Shown here: positions 26,829 through 38,076 of the stretch, piece by piece
How positions within the stretch are numbered: position 1 is the first letter of the stretch
How the letters are laid out: each line of letters opens with the position of its first letter
NCBI GenBank assembly: GCA_900319305.1
Contig: ONNY01000010.1
Span: forward strand, 16,391-80,390
Length of the DNA stretch: 64,000 nt
Source of the DNA: an uncultured Prevotella sp.
Lineage (GTDB): Bacteria; Bacteroidota; Bacteroidia; Bacteroidales; Bacteroidaceae
Direction of reading: 5' to 3'
Position numbers and translations under genes: made by a program
The notes under the pieces: generated by a model
What the model was told of the DNA's origin: nothing
Databases searched by the model: none
The model's input: the letters and a program-made list of their open reading frames with translations, nothing else

Positions 26829-28085
26829 TCACTTATTATTATTTTTCTTAGTTTTCTTCTGATTATTCCGTCCGTTACCCTTACTGTGCCAACGTCCGTG
26901 ACGTCGGGTATTGGAGCGTTTCTTCTCACGTTTGGTATATTCGGGTCCCTCACCAATACCTTCCGGTAAGGCAACCTTCTCTACTTCCTTGCCCAGGAAA
27001 TGTTCTATTTGCTGAAAGCGGTAGATGTCTGCCTCGCTGACAAAGGTTATGGCCACACCGTCACGATCAGCACGGGCCGTACGACCAATACGATGCACAT
27101 AATCCTCTGCATCATGGGGCACATCATAGTTGATGACAGTACGGATATCATCGATATCAATACCACGTGCCACGATATCGGTAGCAACGAGTACATCCGT
27201 CTGTCCTGCCTTGAAGCGATACATCACCTCGTCGCGTTCCTGCTGGGAGAGATCACTATGCATCTGGTCGCAGTTGATATGCATGGACTTCAGACTGCGG
27301 TTGATCTCTTTCACACGTTCTTTCTTTCCAGAGAAGATAATCACACGTTTCAGGTCCCCCTGTTTGAAGATGTGGTTGATGATCTTCAGTTTCTGTGGGT
27401 CATAGCAGACATATGCACTCTGTTGGATTTTCTCCGCAGGCTTAGAAACGGCAATCTTCACTTCTACAGGATCGTGTAGCAACTGGACAGCTAACTCACG
27501 GATCTTCTTTGGCATGGTGGCGGAGAACATGATGCGCTGACAACTCTCAGGCAGTTCCTGCACCAGTTTCATGATATCATCGATGAATCCCATGTCCAGC
27601 ATACGGTCAGCCTCATCGAGCACAAAGAAAGAGCAACGGCTGAGGTCGAGATTGCCTACCTTCAGATGACTTAACAGACGACCTGGTGTGGCGATGAGCA
27701 CATCGGCTCCCAGGCGCATACCCCGTAACTCCTGATCATAGCGTCCTGCATCGTTTCCGCCATAGACGGCTACACTGCTGACACCATCGAGATAATAGCC
27801 GAAACCTTGCATAGCCTGGTCTATCTGCTGGGCCAGTTCTCGTGTGGGTGACATGATGATACAGTTGATGGCATCCTTGGGATAGCCGCCGTCATCAAGT
27901 TGAGAGAGGATCGGCAAGAGATAGGCAGCCGTCTTTCCCGTACCCGTCTGAGCCACACCCAGCACATCATAACCATCGAGAATCTCTGGAATGCAACGTT
28001 CCTGTATAGGAGTCATCTCCTCAAAATGCATATCATAGAGGGCATCGAGGATATTATCGTTCAGATATGTTTCTTCAAATTTCAT
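26829..28085 (-). CDS. DEAD-box RNA helicase
   Basis: AQTGTGKT, PTRELA, DEAD, SAT, HRIGRTAR. Confidence 0.95.
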   Translation of the reverse strand: MKFEETYLNDNILDALYDMHFEEMTPIQERCIPEILDGYDVLGVAQTGTGKTAAYLLPILSQLDDGGYPKDAINCIIMSPTRELAQQIDQAMQGFGYYLDGVSSVAVYGGNDAGRYDQELRGMRLGADVLIATPGRLLSHLKVGNLDLSRCSFFVLDEADRMLDMGFIDDIMKLVQELPESCQRIMFSATMPKKIRELAVQLLHDPVEVKIAVSKPAEKIQQSAYVCYDPQKLKIINHIFKQGDLKRVIIFSGKKERVKEINRSLKSMHINCDQMHSDLSQQERDEVMYRFKAGQTDVLVATDIVARGIDIDDIRTVINYDVPHDAEDYVHRIGRTARADRDGVAITFVSEADIYRFQQIEHFLGKEVEKVALPEGIGEGPEYTKREKKRSNTRRHGRWHSKGNGRNNQKKTKKNNNK

Positions 28086-29278
28086 TAATTAGGCGCTTGT
28101 CGATAACAGAAATATGCAATAATAGTATAAAGAATATTGGGAATCCACGCAGCCAGTACCGGCGGGGTATCCGCATTGATGGCAAAGGTGGCACTAACCG
28201 TCTGCAGTAGGATATAGGAGAAGGAGAGTGCCAGACCGATACCCAGATAGAGACCCATACCTCCTTTTCGTTTGCGGCTCGAGAGACTCACACCAATAAT
28301 GGTCAGGATAAAGGAAGCAAATGAGGTGGCGATACGCTTATGGTATTCCACTTCATATTGTACCACATTGCCAGAGCCGCGTTCTGTCTGTTTGGAGATA
28401 TATTGTCGCAGTTCTGAAGAGGTAAGTGTCTCCTGCTGACCCTTGGAGAATACCAGATCCATGGGTTCCATGTGGATGACGGTATCCAGCATGACACCCG
28501 TTGTTATCTCTTCACGCAAACCTTTCAGTTTTCTGATCTTGTAGTTGTTGGCTTTCCAATGGAAACGTGTATCACTGATCGAGTCATAACGGATCGTTGA
28601 AGCCGTCATATGACTCACCAGTTTCTTGTTCTCAAACTTATCCAGAGAGAAACCATAACCTGTCTTGGTGCGGTTGTCGTAATTCTGTATGTAGGCAATG
28701 ATACCTGGTCCCACCATCAACTGCACATTACTGGCCGAAGTGGTACGCTTGGAGTTCTTATATTTAGCCTCAAAGTCCTGACGGATCACCGTGCCATGAG
28801 GAATCACATTGGAGATGAGATAGAAATTCACGACAGCGATGAGTGCTGCCGAGAGCATATAAGGCTTCATGAGCCGTTTGAAACTCACACCTGCTGCCAG
28901 CATCGCGATGATCTCACTATTACCAGCCAGTTTAGAGGTGAAGAAGATAACGGCAATGAAGACGAACAGAGGTGAGAACAGATTTGAGAAGTAAGGTACG
29001 AAGTTCGCATAGTAATCGAAAACGATGGCTTTTAGCGGTGCACCGTTCGTAGCAAACTTGGAGAGGTTCTCATTCACGTCGAAGACGATGGCAATAGAGA
29101 TGATCAGAATGATCGAGTAGATGTAGGTTCCGATAAATTTCGCCATGATATAACGGTCGAGACGTGAAAGGAACTGTAAAGGATTGATCTTCCTCCACAC
29201 TTTCCCCACACCTTTGCGTAACAACCGCCAATATTTTGCGATCAGAACAAGATACCGTTTCACATCTTCTTTATTCAT
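28085..29278 (-). CDS. LptF/LptG family permease
   Basis: LDRYI, SEI.A..A.G.S..R, AW.PN. Confidence 0.9.
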   Translation of the reverse strand: MNKEDVKRYLVLIAKYWRLLRKGVGKVWRKINPLQFLSRLDRYIMAKFIGTYIYSIILIISIAIVFDVNENLSKFATNGAPLKAIVFDYYANFVPYFSNLFSPLFVFIAVIFFTSKLAGNSEIIAMLAAGVSFKRLMKPYMLSAALIAVVNFYLISNVIPHGTVIRQDFEAKYKNSKRTTSASNVQLMVGPGIIAYIQNYDNRTKTGYGFSLDKFENKKLVSHMTASTIRYDSISDTRFHWKANNYKIRKLKGLREEITTGVMLDTVIHMEPMDLVFSKGQQETLTSSELRQYISKQTERGSGNVVQYEVEYHKRIATSFASFILTIIGVSLSSRKRKGGMGLYLGIGLALSFSYILLQTVSATFAINADTPPVLAAWIPNILYTIIAYFCYRQAPN

Positions 29279-30417
29279 CGTCGTTGTCCTAATTTGTCGA
29301 TGACACTACGTTTCCACTGTACAAAGTCGCCTACAATGATGTGCTGACGAGCATCGGTCACCAGTCGCAGGTAGAATGCCAGGTTATGGATAGAGGCTAT
29401 TTGCATAGCCAGCAACTCCTGGGCCTTGAAGAGATGATGCAAGTATGCCTTTGTATGCAATTGATCGATGTAACACCCATCAGGATCAATGGGAGAGAAA
29501 TCGTCTTCCCACTTCTTGTTACGCATATTCATCGTTCCTTCATAAGTGAAGAGCATCGCATTACGACCGTTACGGGTAGGCATCACACAGTCGAACATAT
29601 CAACACCTCGTTCGATGGCTTCGAGGATATTCTGCGGTGTACCGACACCCATCAGATAACGGGGACGGTCCTTCGGCAGAATCTCATTCACCACCTCAAT
29701 CATCTCATACATCACTTCGGTAGGCTCACCGACAGCCAGTCCGCCGATAGAGGCTCCACCGCCATCATTGAGTTGTCCCAATATATCACATACATGCTTG
29801 GCTGCATCCTGGCGCAGATCCTTGTAGGTACATCCCTGAACGATAGGAAACAACGTCTGGTTATAGCCATACAAAGGTTCCGTTTCATTAAAACGTTTCA
29901 CACAGCGTTCCAGCCAACGTTGGGTCAGGCCCAATGACTTCTTGGCATACTGATAATCGCTCTGTCCGGGAGGACATTCGTCGAATGCCATCATGATATC
30001 CGCACCGATGACACGCTCCGTATCCATCACGTTCTCTGGTGTGAAGATATGTCTGGATCCGTCGATATGACTCTGGAACTCACAACCTTCCTCACGCAGT
30101 TTACGGATACCAGTCAGAGAGAATACCTGAAAACCGCCACTGTCAGTGAGGATAGGACGATCCCAAGTGTTGAACTTATGCAGGCCTCCTGCTTTTCGGA
30201 GAATATCGAGTCCTGGTCTGAGATACAGATGATAGGTGTTTCCCAAGATGATCTGTGCCTTCACCTGATCACGCAGTTCGGAGAAATGCACCCCCTTCAC
30301 GCTACCAGCTGTTCCGACAGGCATAAAGATAGGCGTCAGGATCTGACCGTGATCGGTGGTAATGATACCAGCACGTGCATCACTGGCAGAATCGGTATGT
30401 TGCAGTTCAAACGTCAT
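29275..30417 (-). CDS. tgt: tRNA-guanine transglycosylase
   Basis: TPIFMPVGT, TDSGGFQ, DCVMPTRN. Confidence 0.97.
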   Translation of the reverse strand: MTFELQHTDSASDARAGIITTDHGQILTPIFMPVGTAGSVKGVHFSELRDQVKAQIILGNTYHLYLRPGLDILRKAGGLHKFNTWDRPILTDSGGFQVFSLTGIRKLREEGCEFQSHIDGSRHIFTPENVMDTERVIGADIMMAFDECPPGQSDYQYAKKSLGLTQRWLERCVKRFNETEPLYGYNQTLFPIVQGCTYKDLRQDAAKHVCDILGQLNDGGGASIGGLAVGEPTEVMYEMIEVVNEILPKDRPRYLMGVGTPQNILEAIERGVDMFDCVMPTRNGRNAMLFTYEGTMNMRNKKWEDDFSPIDPDGCYIDQLHTKAYLHHLFKAQELLAMQIASIHNLAFYLRLVTDARQHIIVGDFVQWKRSVIDKLGQRR

Positions 30418-32876
30418 TTTTTCTCGTCTTTCTTTTCATCTTCCTGGATAGTGAAGTCCAGTGGATTCTTAACAATCTCATCTGTCAAGGCGAAGTTCCA
30501 CACATCCTGTACATTCTCCACATAATGGAAGGTGACACCTTTCAGATACATATCGGGAATCTCAATGATATCCTTCTCATTCTCACGACACATGACGATG
30601 TCAGTGATACCAGCACGCTTCGCTGCAAGGATCTTCTCTTTGATACCGCCTACGGGCAACACCTTACCACGAAGGGTAATCTCACCAGTCATAGCAGTGT
30701 TCTTGCGAACCTTTCGCTGGGTGAGGGCAGAGGCGATACTCGTAGCGATGGTGATACCGGCAGAGGGTCCATCCTTGGGTGTAGCCCCCTCGGGCACATG
30801 GATGTGAATATTCCAGTTGTCGAAGATACGGTAGTCAATGTTCAAAGTCTCTGCATGCGCCTTCACATATTCCAAAGCCAGAATAGCCGACTCTTTCATC
30901 ACATCACCGAGGTTACCTGTCAGCGTGAGTTTGTTTCCCTTACCTTTTGACAGAGAAGTCTCGATAAAAAGAATCTCTCCACCAACGCTGGTCCAAGCCA
31001 GTCCGGTCACCACACCAGCATAGTCGTTACCCTGATAGATATCACGATAGAAAGGTGGTTTACCCAACAGGTCCTCAATCTCTGCAGGTGTGATCTTCTT
31101 ATAGTCGGCATTGTCCTCCAACTGACGTTTATAGGCAATCTTACGGAGGGCCTTGTTGATCTGCTTCTCCAACTGACGGACACCACTCTCACGTGTATAA
31201 CGCTCGATGATCATCTCAATGGCAGCCTTGTTGAATGTAGGCTTCAGCCCTTTGACATTCTGTCCGGTGTTATCCAACTCACGAGGAATCAGGTGGCGCT
31301 TGGCGATCTCGATTTTCTCTTCTGTGATATAGCCGCTCACCTCGATAATCTCCATACGGTCGAGTAGGGGACGAGGGATGGTACTCAGGTTGTTGGCTGT
31401 AGCAATAAACAACACCTTTGAGAGATCATAATCCACATCGAGATAGTTATCGTGGAAAGCGTTATTCTGCTCAGGATCGAGCACCTCTAACATCGCTGAT
31501 GCGGGATCGCCATTGTGGGTCATCTGTGTCACCTTGTCAATTTCATCAAGGATAAATACAGGGTTGCTGGAACCTGCTTTCTGGATAGACTTGATGATAC
31601 GTCCAGGCATCGCACCGATATAGGTACGACGATGTCCACGGATCTCTGCTTCATCGTGCAGACCACCCAGAGAAACACGAACATACTTACGTTTCATGGC
31701 AGCAGCAATCGATTTGCCAAGTGAGGTCTTACCAACACCTGGAGGACCATAGAGACAGAGGATAGGACTCTTCAGGTCACCACGAAGAGCAAGCACAGCC
31801 ATATATTCGAGAATGCGCTCTTTCACCTTCTCCATACCATAGTGATCCTGATCCAGAATCTTCTGGGCACGTTTCAGATCCAGATCGTCTGTAGTATATT
31901 CACCCCAAGGCAGACTTACGAGGGTCTGGAGATAGTTCAACAGCACGTTGAACTCTGGACTCTGAGGATTCAGGTTGTCGAGTTTATCTGCTTCCTTATA
32001 GAATGTCTTGCTGATCTCTGCAGGCCATTTCTTTCCTTCTGCCTTCTTCAGTAATTCATATTTCTCAGGCGAAGACTCGTTACCCATCTCTGCCTGCATG
32101 TTCTTAATCTGCTGCTGCAGAAAGTAGTTACGTTGCTGCTCGTCAATATCCTCACGGGTCTTGTTGCGGATATCGGCTTTCAGATTCTGAAGGTTGATCT
32201 CACGGTTGATGATCTTCATCACATTGAAGAGACGTTCCTTCACAGACTCCATCTCCAACAATCTGACCTTTTCCTTTACGGGGAAAGGCATGTTAGAGCA
32301 TACGAAGTTCAGTGCCATGATATTATTGGTGATATTCTTGATGGCAAAGGTGGCCTCGTCGGGGATATCCTCACTCACATTGATATACTCGTTGACAAGA
32401 TTGCGCAGGTCGTCCATGGCTGTCTTGAACTCACGGTCCCGTTTCTCAGGATCCAAATCAGACAATGCTTCAACGTCACCCTCAAGATAAGGAGATGTCT
32501 GAGTGAGCCTATTGAGTTGTAATCTACTATGACACTGAACAATGGCTGTAATATTACCATTGGGCAATGTCAGCAGTTTCATCACTTTTGCAAATACACC
32601 AGTCTTATAGAGGTCTTCCTGCAATGGAACGTCCACCTCAGGGTCACGCTGACAAATAATTCCTATAAGTTCACCTTTCTTCTCGGCTTTCTGTATCACT
32701 ATCTTACTGGAATCCCTGCCAATGAGGATAGGGGAGACCACTCCTGGAAACAATACAAGGTTTCGCACAGGCAGGATAGGCACATTATCGGGGGTGTTGA
32801 CATTTATTATATCCCTGATGTCCCCTTCAATGTCGGCTATCATCTGAAATGCTGAATTCTTATTCTGATTACTCAT
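30414..32876 (-). CDS. lon: Lon protease
   Basis: [21 protein letters not shown]. Confidence 0.98.
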   Translation of the reverse strand: MSNQNKNSAFQMIADIEGDIRDIINVNTPDNVPILPVRNLVLFPGVVSPILIGRDSSKIVIQKAEKKGELIGIICQRDPEVDVPLQEDLYKTGVFAKVMKLLTLPNGNITAIVQCHSRLQLNRLTQTSPYLEGDVEALSDLDPEKRDREFKTAMDDLRNLVNEYINVSEDIPDEATFAIKNITNNIMALNFVCSNMPFPVKEKVRLLEMESVKERLFNVMKIINREINLQNLKADIRNKTREDIDEQQRNYFLQQQIKNMQAEMGNESSPEKYELLKKAEGKKWPAEISKTFYKEADKLDNLNPQSPEFNVLLNYLQTLVSLPWGEYTTDDLDLKRAQKILDQDHYGMEKVKERILEYMAVLALRGDLKSPILCLYGPPGVGKTSLGKSIAAAMKRKYVRVSLGGLHDEAEIRGHRRTYIGAMPGRIIKSIQKAGSSNPVFILDEIDKVTQMTHNGDPASAMLEVLDPEQNNAFHDNYLDVDYDLSKVLFIATANNLSTIPRPLLDRMEIIEVSGYITEEKIEIAKRHLIPRELDNTGQNVKGLKPTFNKAAIEMIIERYTRESGVRQLEKQINKALRKIAYKRQLEDNADYKKITPAEIEDLLGKPPFYRDIYQGNDYAGVVTGLAWTSVGGEILFIETSLSKGKGNKLTLTGNLGDVMKESAILALEYVKAHAETLNIDYRIFDNWNIHIHVPEGATPKDGPSAGITIATSIASALTQRKVRKNTAMTGEITLRGKVLPVGGIKEKILAAKRAGITDIVMCRENEKDIIEIPDMYLKGVTFHYVENVQDVWNFALTDEIVKNPLDFTIQEDEKKDEKK

Positions 32877-33021
32877 ACTTCTAAATTAGTTCTCTCTTAA
32901 AAAACGGGTGCAAAGTTACTAATAATAAATAAGAAAGACGAATGTAGGATTAAAGAATTAACAAATAATTTGCTTTTTCACACGAATAATCGATTTTTTA
33001 TGCTACCTTTGTGGCGAAATT

Positions 33022-33732
33022 ATGGCAAACGATTACTTCCAATTCAAACAGTTTACCATTCATCAGCAACACTGTGCGATGAAGGTAGGAACAGACGGCA
33101 CCTTATTAGGTGCTTGGGCTCAGGTGCCAACAAACTCGGCCCGTATCCTCGATATTGGCACAGGCACAGGACTCATCGCTCTGATGATGGCTCAACGTTT
33201 TCCGGAAGCGACAGTCCTAGGCATTGACATCGATGGTGAGGCCGTAAGTCAAGCACAAGAAAATGTAGCAGCATCACCATTTGCGTCAAGGGTTGAGATA
33301 CGAGCACAAAATGTCTTGGATTTTGAATACAAAGAAGGATTTGATGCCATTGTGAGTAATCCGCCGTATTTTGTAGATGCATTGACTTGTCCGGATCAAC
33401 AGCGTACGATTGCAAGACATACCATCAGTCTTACCTATGAAGGATTGATGAAATCGGCTTTTAGATTACTGAAGCCCGTTGGTATGTTTTCTTTGGTGAT
33501 TCCATCGGAGTGTCGTTCTACATTAGAGTCCGAAGCCTGTTTGGCTGGTTTCTTTCTTTCACGTGTTACACTGATTCGAACCACACCGAAGAAACAACCA
33601 AAGCGTCAGTTGATTGAATTAATAAAACATCCTGTAAATGAATTATATATAGAAGATGGAATTATTGAAGAATCTCCGAATGTCAGGAGTTCTTGGTACC
33701 AACAATTAACCCAAGATTTTTATATTCGATGA
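33022..33732 (+). CDS. tRNA1(Val) A37 N6-methyltransferase (TrmN6/YfiC-like)
   Basis: F.FKQF, MKVGTDG.LLG, DIGTGTG, SNPPYF. Confidence 0.9.
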   Translation: MANDYFQFKQFTIHQQHCAMKVGTDGTLLGAWAQVPTNSARILDIGTGTGLIALMMAQRFPEATVLGIDIDGEAVSQAQENVAASPFASRVEIRAQNVLDFEYKEGFDAIVSNPPYFVDALTCPDQQRTIARHTISLTYEGLMKSAFRLLKPVGMFSLVIPSECRSTLESEACLAGFFLSRVTLIRTTPKKQPKRQLIELIKHPVNELYIEDGIIEESPNVRSSWYQQLTQDFYIR

Positions 33733-34493
33733 AAGTTACGATCTTACAACTGAATAGTGTATGGGGAAACCCCGACGAGAACATTAAAAAGGCTGAACTC
33801 CTGATAAATCAGGCTCCAGACAGCGACCTTTATGTATTACCAGAAATGTGGAGTACGGGTTTTGCGACAGAGCCTTTCGGAATTGCAGAAGATGCAAACG
33901 AATGTAAATCTTTATCGTGGATGATAAAGATGGCAGATGAGCATCATTGCGCTATCAGTGGAAGTCTTGCAATTTCTCAGGACGGCACATTCAAAAATCG
34001 ACATTATTTCGTAAATGGCAGGACAGGAGTCGTTTCATATTATGATAAACACCATCTGTTCCGTTATGGTCATGAAGACCGTTATTTCGAGCCGGGAGAG
34101 AGCCATACCATTGTAGAATATATGGGTTTCCGTATTTTGTTGCTGACATGTTATGATTTACGCTTTCCTGTATGGAGTCGTTATGCAGAAGCTTTACAAT
34201 ATGATATTATAATATGTGTAGCCAACTGGCCTGAGTCTCGTCAAAATGCATGGCAGATTCTAACAAGAGCACGAGCCATTGAGAATCAGGCGTTTGTTAT
34301 TGCATGTAATCGTGTTGGTGATGACAAATATTGCCATTATCGTGGACAAAGTGCAATCATTAGTCCAATTGGTAAAACGCTTGCCAGTTGTCCAGCCAAT
34401 GAAGAAACAACCGTTTCATTTTTCTTAAATTTGGAATCACTCGTACAACAGCGCACAAAATTTAAAGTTTTGGAGGATCGTGACCAATGGTAA
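33729..34493 (+). CDS. Nitrilase-family amidohydrolase (YafV-like)
   Basis: LPEM, YDK.HLF, CYDLRFP, RAIENQ. Confidence 0.9.
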   Translation: MKVTILQLNSVWGNPDENIKKAELLINQAPDSDLYVLPEMWSTGFATEPFGIAEDANECKSLSWMIKMADEHHCAISGSLAISQDGTFKNRHYFVNGRTGVVSYYDKHHLFRYGHEDRYFEPGESHTIVEYMGFRILLLTCYDLRFPVWSRYAEALQYDIIICVANWPESRQNAWQILTRARAIENQAFVIACNRVGDDKYCHYRGQSAIISPIGKTLASCPANEETTVSFFLNLESLVQQRTKFKVLEDRDQW

Positions 34494-34607
34494 ATAAAGG
34501 CTTATATTATAATCAAAGTAACAACAAGTCCATTATTAGCTGAATCAGCATTATGATAAATAAAGAATAAAGGGGGCCTCTCCCTTTTTATTTTGTAGAA
34601 ACAAAAA

Positions 34608-34638
34608 ATGCCGTTCTCTATTTCACAGGGAACGGCAT
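34608..34638 (-). terminator. Intrinsic terminator
   Basis: ATGCCGTTCTCT...AGGGAACGGCAT hairpin followed by a T-run on the minus strand. A second hairpin at ~34566-34594 serves the opposite gene. Confidence 0.7.
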
Positions 34639-34673
34639 CCATTTTTATATACTATTTCTTTTAATTTATAAAT

Positions 34674-35066
34674 TTAGAATGGCAGATCATCGGCTGATCC
34701 TTCAGATGCAGGTTCCTGTGCAGGCGGGAATGGCGCTGTAGCACCTCCAGCTGGCGGGAACGGTGTTGCACCAGGTGCTGGTGTTGGCTGTACCTGACCA
34801 CGAGTCACATTATATGCACGAATTTCATTAAACCAACGTCCGTTATACTCATGGGCATCAATATCAAACTGTACAGTGATATCTTCTCCTTGCTGGATAT
34901 TGAACTGTTTGATTCTGTCTTCACCAAAGATACGGAAGACACATTTGCGGGGATACTGCCCCGGCACTTCAATTACATACTCCTGAGACATCCAGGGATT
35001 TCCTGTACGATTAGACACACCACTGTTTGCCGGAAGAACGGCAATAATTTTACCTGTTAATTCCAT
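34674..35066 (-). CDS. DUF3127 SSB-like protein
   Basis: MELTGKII, QYP, FDI.A.EYNGRWFN, Pro-rich linker and an SSB-type DDLPF tail. Confidence 0.88.
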   Translation of the reverse strand: MELTGKIIAVLPANSGVSNRTGNPWMSQEYVIEVPGQYPRKCVFRIFGEDRIKQFNIQQGEDITVQFDIDAHEYNGRWFNEIRAYNVTRGQVQPTPAPGATPFPPAGGATAPFPPAQEPASEGSADDLPF

Positions 35067-35168
35067 AATTAAATGTTTTATTTTGTTGAATTTTTCGTTT
35101 TCACGTGGCGAAATTACTAAAAATAGTTTGATTAAATATGTAATAAATAACAAGAAAGCTATAAAACT

Positions 35169-36293
35169 ATGCGATTTACATTATCAAGTACCGCACTGAG
35201 CTCAAAGCTCTCTGCACTTTCGAGAGTCATCAACAGTAAGAATGCCTTGCCCATCCTGGGTGATTTCGTCTTTGAAATCAATGACAACGTGCTTCGTCTG
35301 ACTGCATCAGACAGTGAAAACATCATGAAGACGCAGCTTGAACTGACAGAGAGCGACGGAAACTGTCGTTTTGCCATTGACAGCCACAATCTTCTGGAAG
35401 CCGTGAAAGGTTTCTCTGAGCAGCCCATCACCTTTGAGGTGGATCAGCAGCAGAACCTGGTAAAGATCTCCTATCAGAATGGTCTGTTCTCACTGCCAAT
35501 CGAAAATGCCGATGAGTTCCCTATGTCTCAGCCTGTGAACGACTTTGCAAACACGATTACCATTCCCAATGCTGTTTTGGCAGAGAATATCAACCGCTCT
35601 ATCTTTGCAACTGCTCAGGACGAGTTGCGCCCTGTGATGAACGGTATCTATTTCGACCTGACCCCCGATCATCTTGCTGTGGTGGCCTCTGACGGTCATA
35701 AACTCGTACGTAATAAGGTGTTTACGATTAAAAGCGACCAGCCCGCCGCATTCATTCTGCCTAAGAAACCAGCCAATCTGCTGAAGAACCTGCTGGGTAA
35801 AGACGGTGGTGATGTAACGATCCGTTTCGATGAGCGTAATGCAGAGATCAATTATGGTGATGGAACCCTGCAGTGCCGTCTGATTGAGGGACGCTTCCCC
35901 AATTACAACTCTGTGATTCCTCAGAACAATCCTAATGAGGTGCATGTGGATCGTCTTGGTCTGTTGGCAGCGCTGCGTCGTGTACAGCCTTTCGCTAATG
36001 GCTCCAGCAATCTGATCCGTTTCCATGTGGAGGGGTCTACCCTGCAGCTTGACGCTGAGGACTACGACTTCTCAAAGACAGCCACCGAGCGTATGTCTTG
36101 CGATTATAACGGTAATCCTATGTCTATTGGTTTCAAGGGTTCTTCCTTCATTGAGGTATTAAGCAACTTCGATTGTCCGGAAGTCATCATACAGCTGGCA
36201 GATCCCAGTCGTGCAGGACTGGTTCTCCCCTCTGAGCAGCCTGAGAATCAGGATGTGCTGATGCTTCTGATGCCGATGTTGATTAACGACTAA
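35169..36293 (+). CDS. dnaN: DNA polymerase III beta clamp
   Basis: LPIL, RPVMNGIY, ASDGH.L, LIEGRFPNY, LLMPM. Confidence 0.97.
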   Translation: MRFTLSSTALSSKLSALSRVINSKNALPILGDFVFEINDNVLRLTASDSENIMKTQLELTESDGNCRFAIDSHNLLEAVKGFSEQPITFEVDQQQNLVKISYQNGLFSLPIENADEFPMSQPVNDFANTITIPNAVLAENINRSIFATAQDELRPVMNGIYFDLTPDHLAVVASDGHKLVRNKVFTIKSDQPAAFILPKKPANLLKNLLGKDGGDVTIRFDERNAEINYGDGTLQCRLIEGRFPNYNSVIPQNNPNEVHVDRLGLLAALRRVQPFANGSSNLIRFHVEGSTLQLDAEDYDFSKTATERMSCDYNGNPMSIGFKGSSFIEVLSNFDCPEVIIQLADPSRAGLVLPSEQPENQDVLMLLMPMLIND

Positions 36294-36312
36294 GTTTGGA
36301 GTTTACAGATCA

Positions 36313-37170
36313 ATGAAACTGAATCTTACAAAACCGATTGTCATTTTCGACTTGGAAACGACGGGGCTCGATCTTGTAAAAGACCGCATCATACAGATTT
36401 CCTATATCAAGGTCTATCCTGACGGAAAGGAAGAACGTGGAAACGAACTAGTTAACCCCGAGAAACCAATCGATCCGACGATCAGTCAGTTGACAGGTAT
36501 CACTAACGAGGATGTGAAGGATAAGCCTACATTCAAGCAACTGGGTCAGACACTTGCCACCAAGTTTGCTGGATGTGATTTTGCAGGCTTTAATTCCAAC
36601 CACTTCGATATTCCCCTGTTGGCAGAAGAATTCCTGCGTGCAGGTGTTGATTTTGACTTCTCAAAAAGTCGAATGATTGATGCCTGTACCATCTTCAAAC
36701 GTATGGAGAAGCGTAATCTCGCCGCCGCCTATAAGTTCTATTGCGGGCGAAAGATGGAGGACGATTTCGAGGCTCATCGTGCAGATCAGGATACAGAGGC
36801 TACCTATCGTGTGCTCATGGGGGAACTCGATAAGTATGCCCCAGGTGCCAATGAGGATGAGGAGAAGGTGTTGGAGAACGATATGGATAAACTGGCAGAG
36901 TTCTCGAAGATGAACAACTACGTCGATTTCGCTGGCCGAATCATCTGGGGTGAGATGAAAGACCGTCATGGCAATGTCCTGCTCGATAAGGATGGTAAAC
37001 CGCGAATCACGGAGGTGTTCAACTTCGGCAAACACAAGGGAATCCCTGTCGCCGATGTTCTTCAAATTGATCCCGGCTACTATAGTTGGATCCTGGCTGG
37101 CGATTTCACCTATAACACAAAACAGGTGCTTACGCGCATCCGTCTGCGTGAGGCCAATCTTAACGGATGA
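36313..37170 (+). CDS. DEDDh 3'-5' exonuclease (Pol III epsilon-like)
   Basis: FDLETTG, FN...FD, AHRA..D, FNFGKHKG. Confidence 0.9.
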   Translation: MKLNLTKPIVIFDLETTGLDLVKDRIIQISYIKVYPDGKEERGNELVNPEKPIDPTISQLTGITNEDVKDKPTFKQLGQTLATKFAGCDFAGFNSNHFDIPLLAEEFLRAGVDFDFSKSRMIDACTIFKRMEKRNLAAAYKFYCGRKMEDDFEAHRADQDTEATYRVLMGELDKYAPGANEDEEKVLENDMDKLAEFSKMNNYVDFAGRIIWGEMKDRHGNVLLDKDGKPRITEVFNFGKHKGIPVADVLQIDPGYYSWILAGDFTYNTKQVLTRIRLREANLNG

Positions 37171-38075
37171 CAATCTTTCGGACGATATTCACACCCCTTT
37201 TCATACTTGCAGTTCTTGGCATACACGCACAGGAGCTGCAAGTTAAGGTTAATATCAATCACAGTCAGATCTCCGGTACGGAAGTCGGCGTGTTTGAGAA
37301 TCTCCAGCAGACCATCGAACAGTTCATCAACGAACGGCAGTGGACTCCGTTGCAGTTCCAAAAGAACGAACGCATCCAGTGTAGTTTGAACATCACCGTC
37401 AATGCCTATATCCGTGAAGATAACCGTTTCAACTGTTCGGCACTGATACAGGCTAACCGACCAGTCTATAACTCTGCATACACTTCTACCTTATATAATA
37501 ATAAGGATGATCAGTTCAATTTTGACTTCATCCAGTTCGATCAGTTAAACTTCAACGACGAGATCATAGACCAGCAACTCCCTGCCCTCCTCGCCTACTA
37601 TGCCTATCTGATCATCGGACTCAACCTCGACAGTTTTGCGCCGATGGCAGGCACGGATGTCTTGCAGCGTTGTAAATATCTGGTGAACAATGCCCATGAG
37701 TTGGGTTTCCCTGGATGGAAAGCATTTGAGAACAATCGGAACCGCTTTGCCATCATCAACGATTATCTCGATGAGTCGATGCGCCCCTTCCGTCAACTTC
37801 AGTACGACTATTACCGTAAAGGCCTCGACGAGATGGCCAACAATGCGGAGCGTGGTCGCACGGAAATCTCCGAAGCCCTTGTAAACGATCTACAGAGTGC
37901 TCATGAGAACAAGCCCATGAGTTATCTGCCGCAGATATGGACTGATTATAAGCGCGACGAACTGGTAAACATCTATCAAGGTAAAGGCACGCAGAAGGAG
38001 AAAGAACGTATCTACGACCTACTGATGTCGCTCAATGCCTCCCAGAGTAATGCTTGGGAAAACATCAAGAAATAA
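37167..38075 (+). CDS. DUF4835-family exported protein
   Basis: Signal peptide ending AQ.EL, F.N...WT, RPVYNS.Y, YDY.R.GLD; upstream of recN. Confidence 0.75.
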   Translation: MTIFRTIFTPLFILAVLGIHAQELQVKVNINHSQISGTEVGVFENLQQTIEQFINERQWTPLQFQKNERIQCSLNITVNAYIREDNRFNCSALIQANRPVYNSAYTSTLYNNKDDQFNFDFIQFDQLNFNDEIIDQQLPALLAYYAYLIIGLNLDSFAPMAGTDVLQRCKYLVNNAHELGFPGWKAFENNRNRFAIINDYLDESMRPFRQLQYDYYRKGLDEMANNAERGRTEISEALVNDLQSAHENKPMSYLPQIWTDYKRDELVNIYQGKGTQKEKERIYDLLMSLNASQSNAWENIKK

Positions 38076-38076
38076 T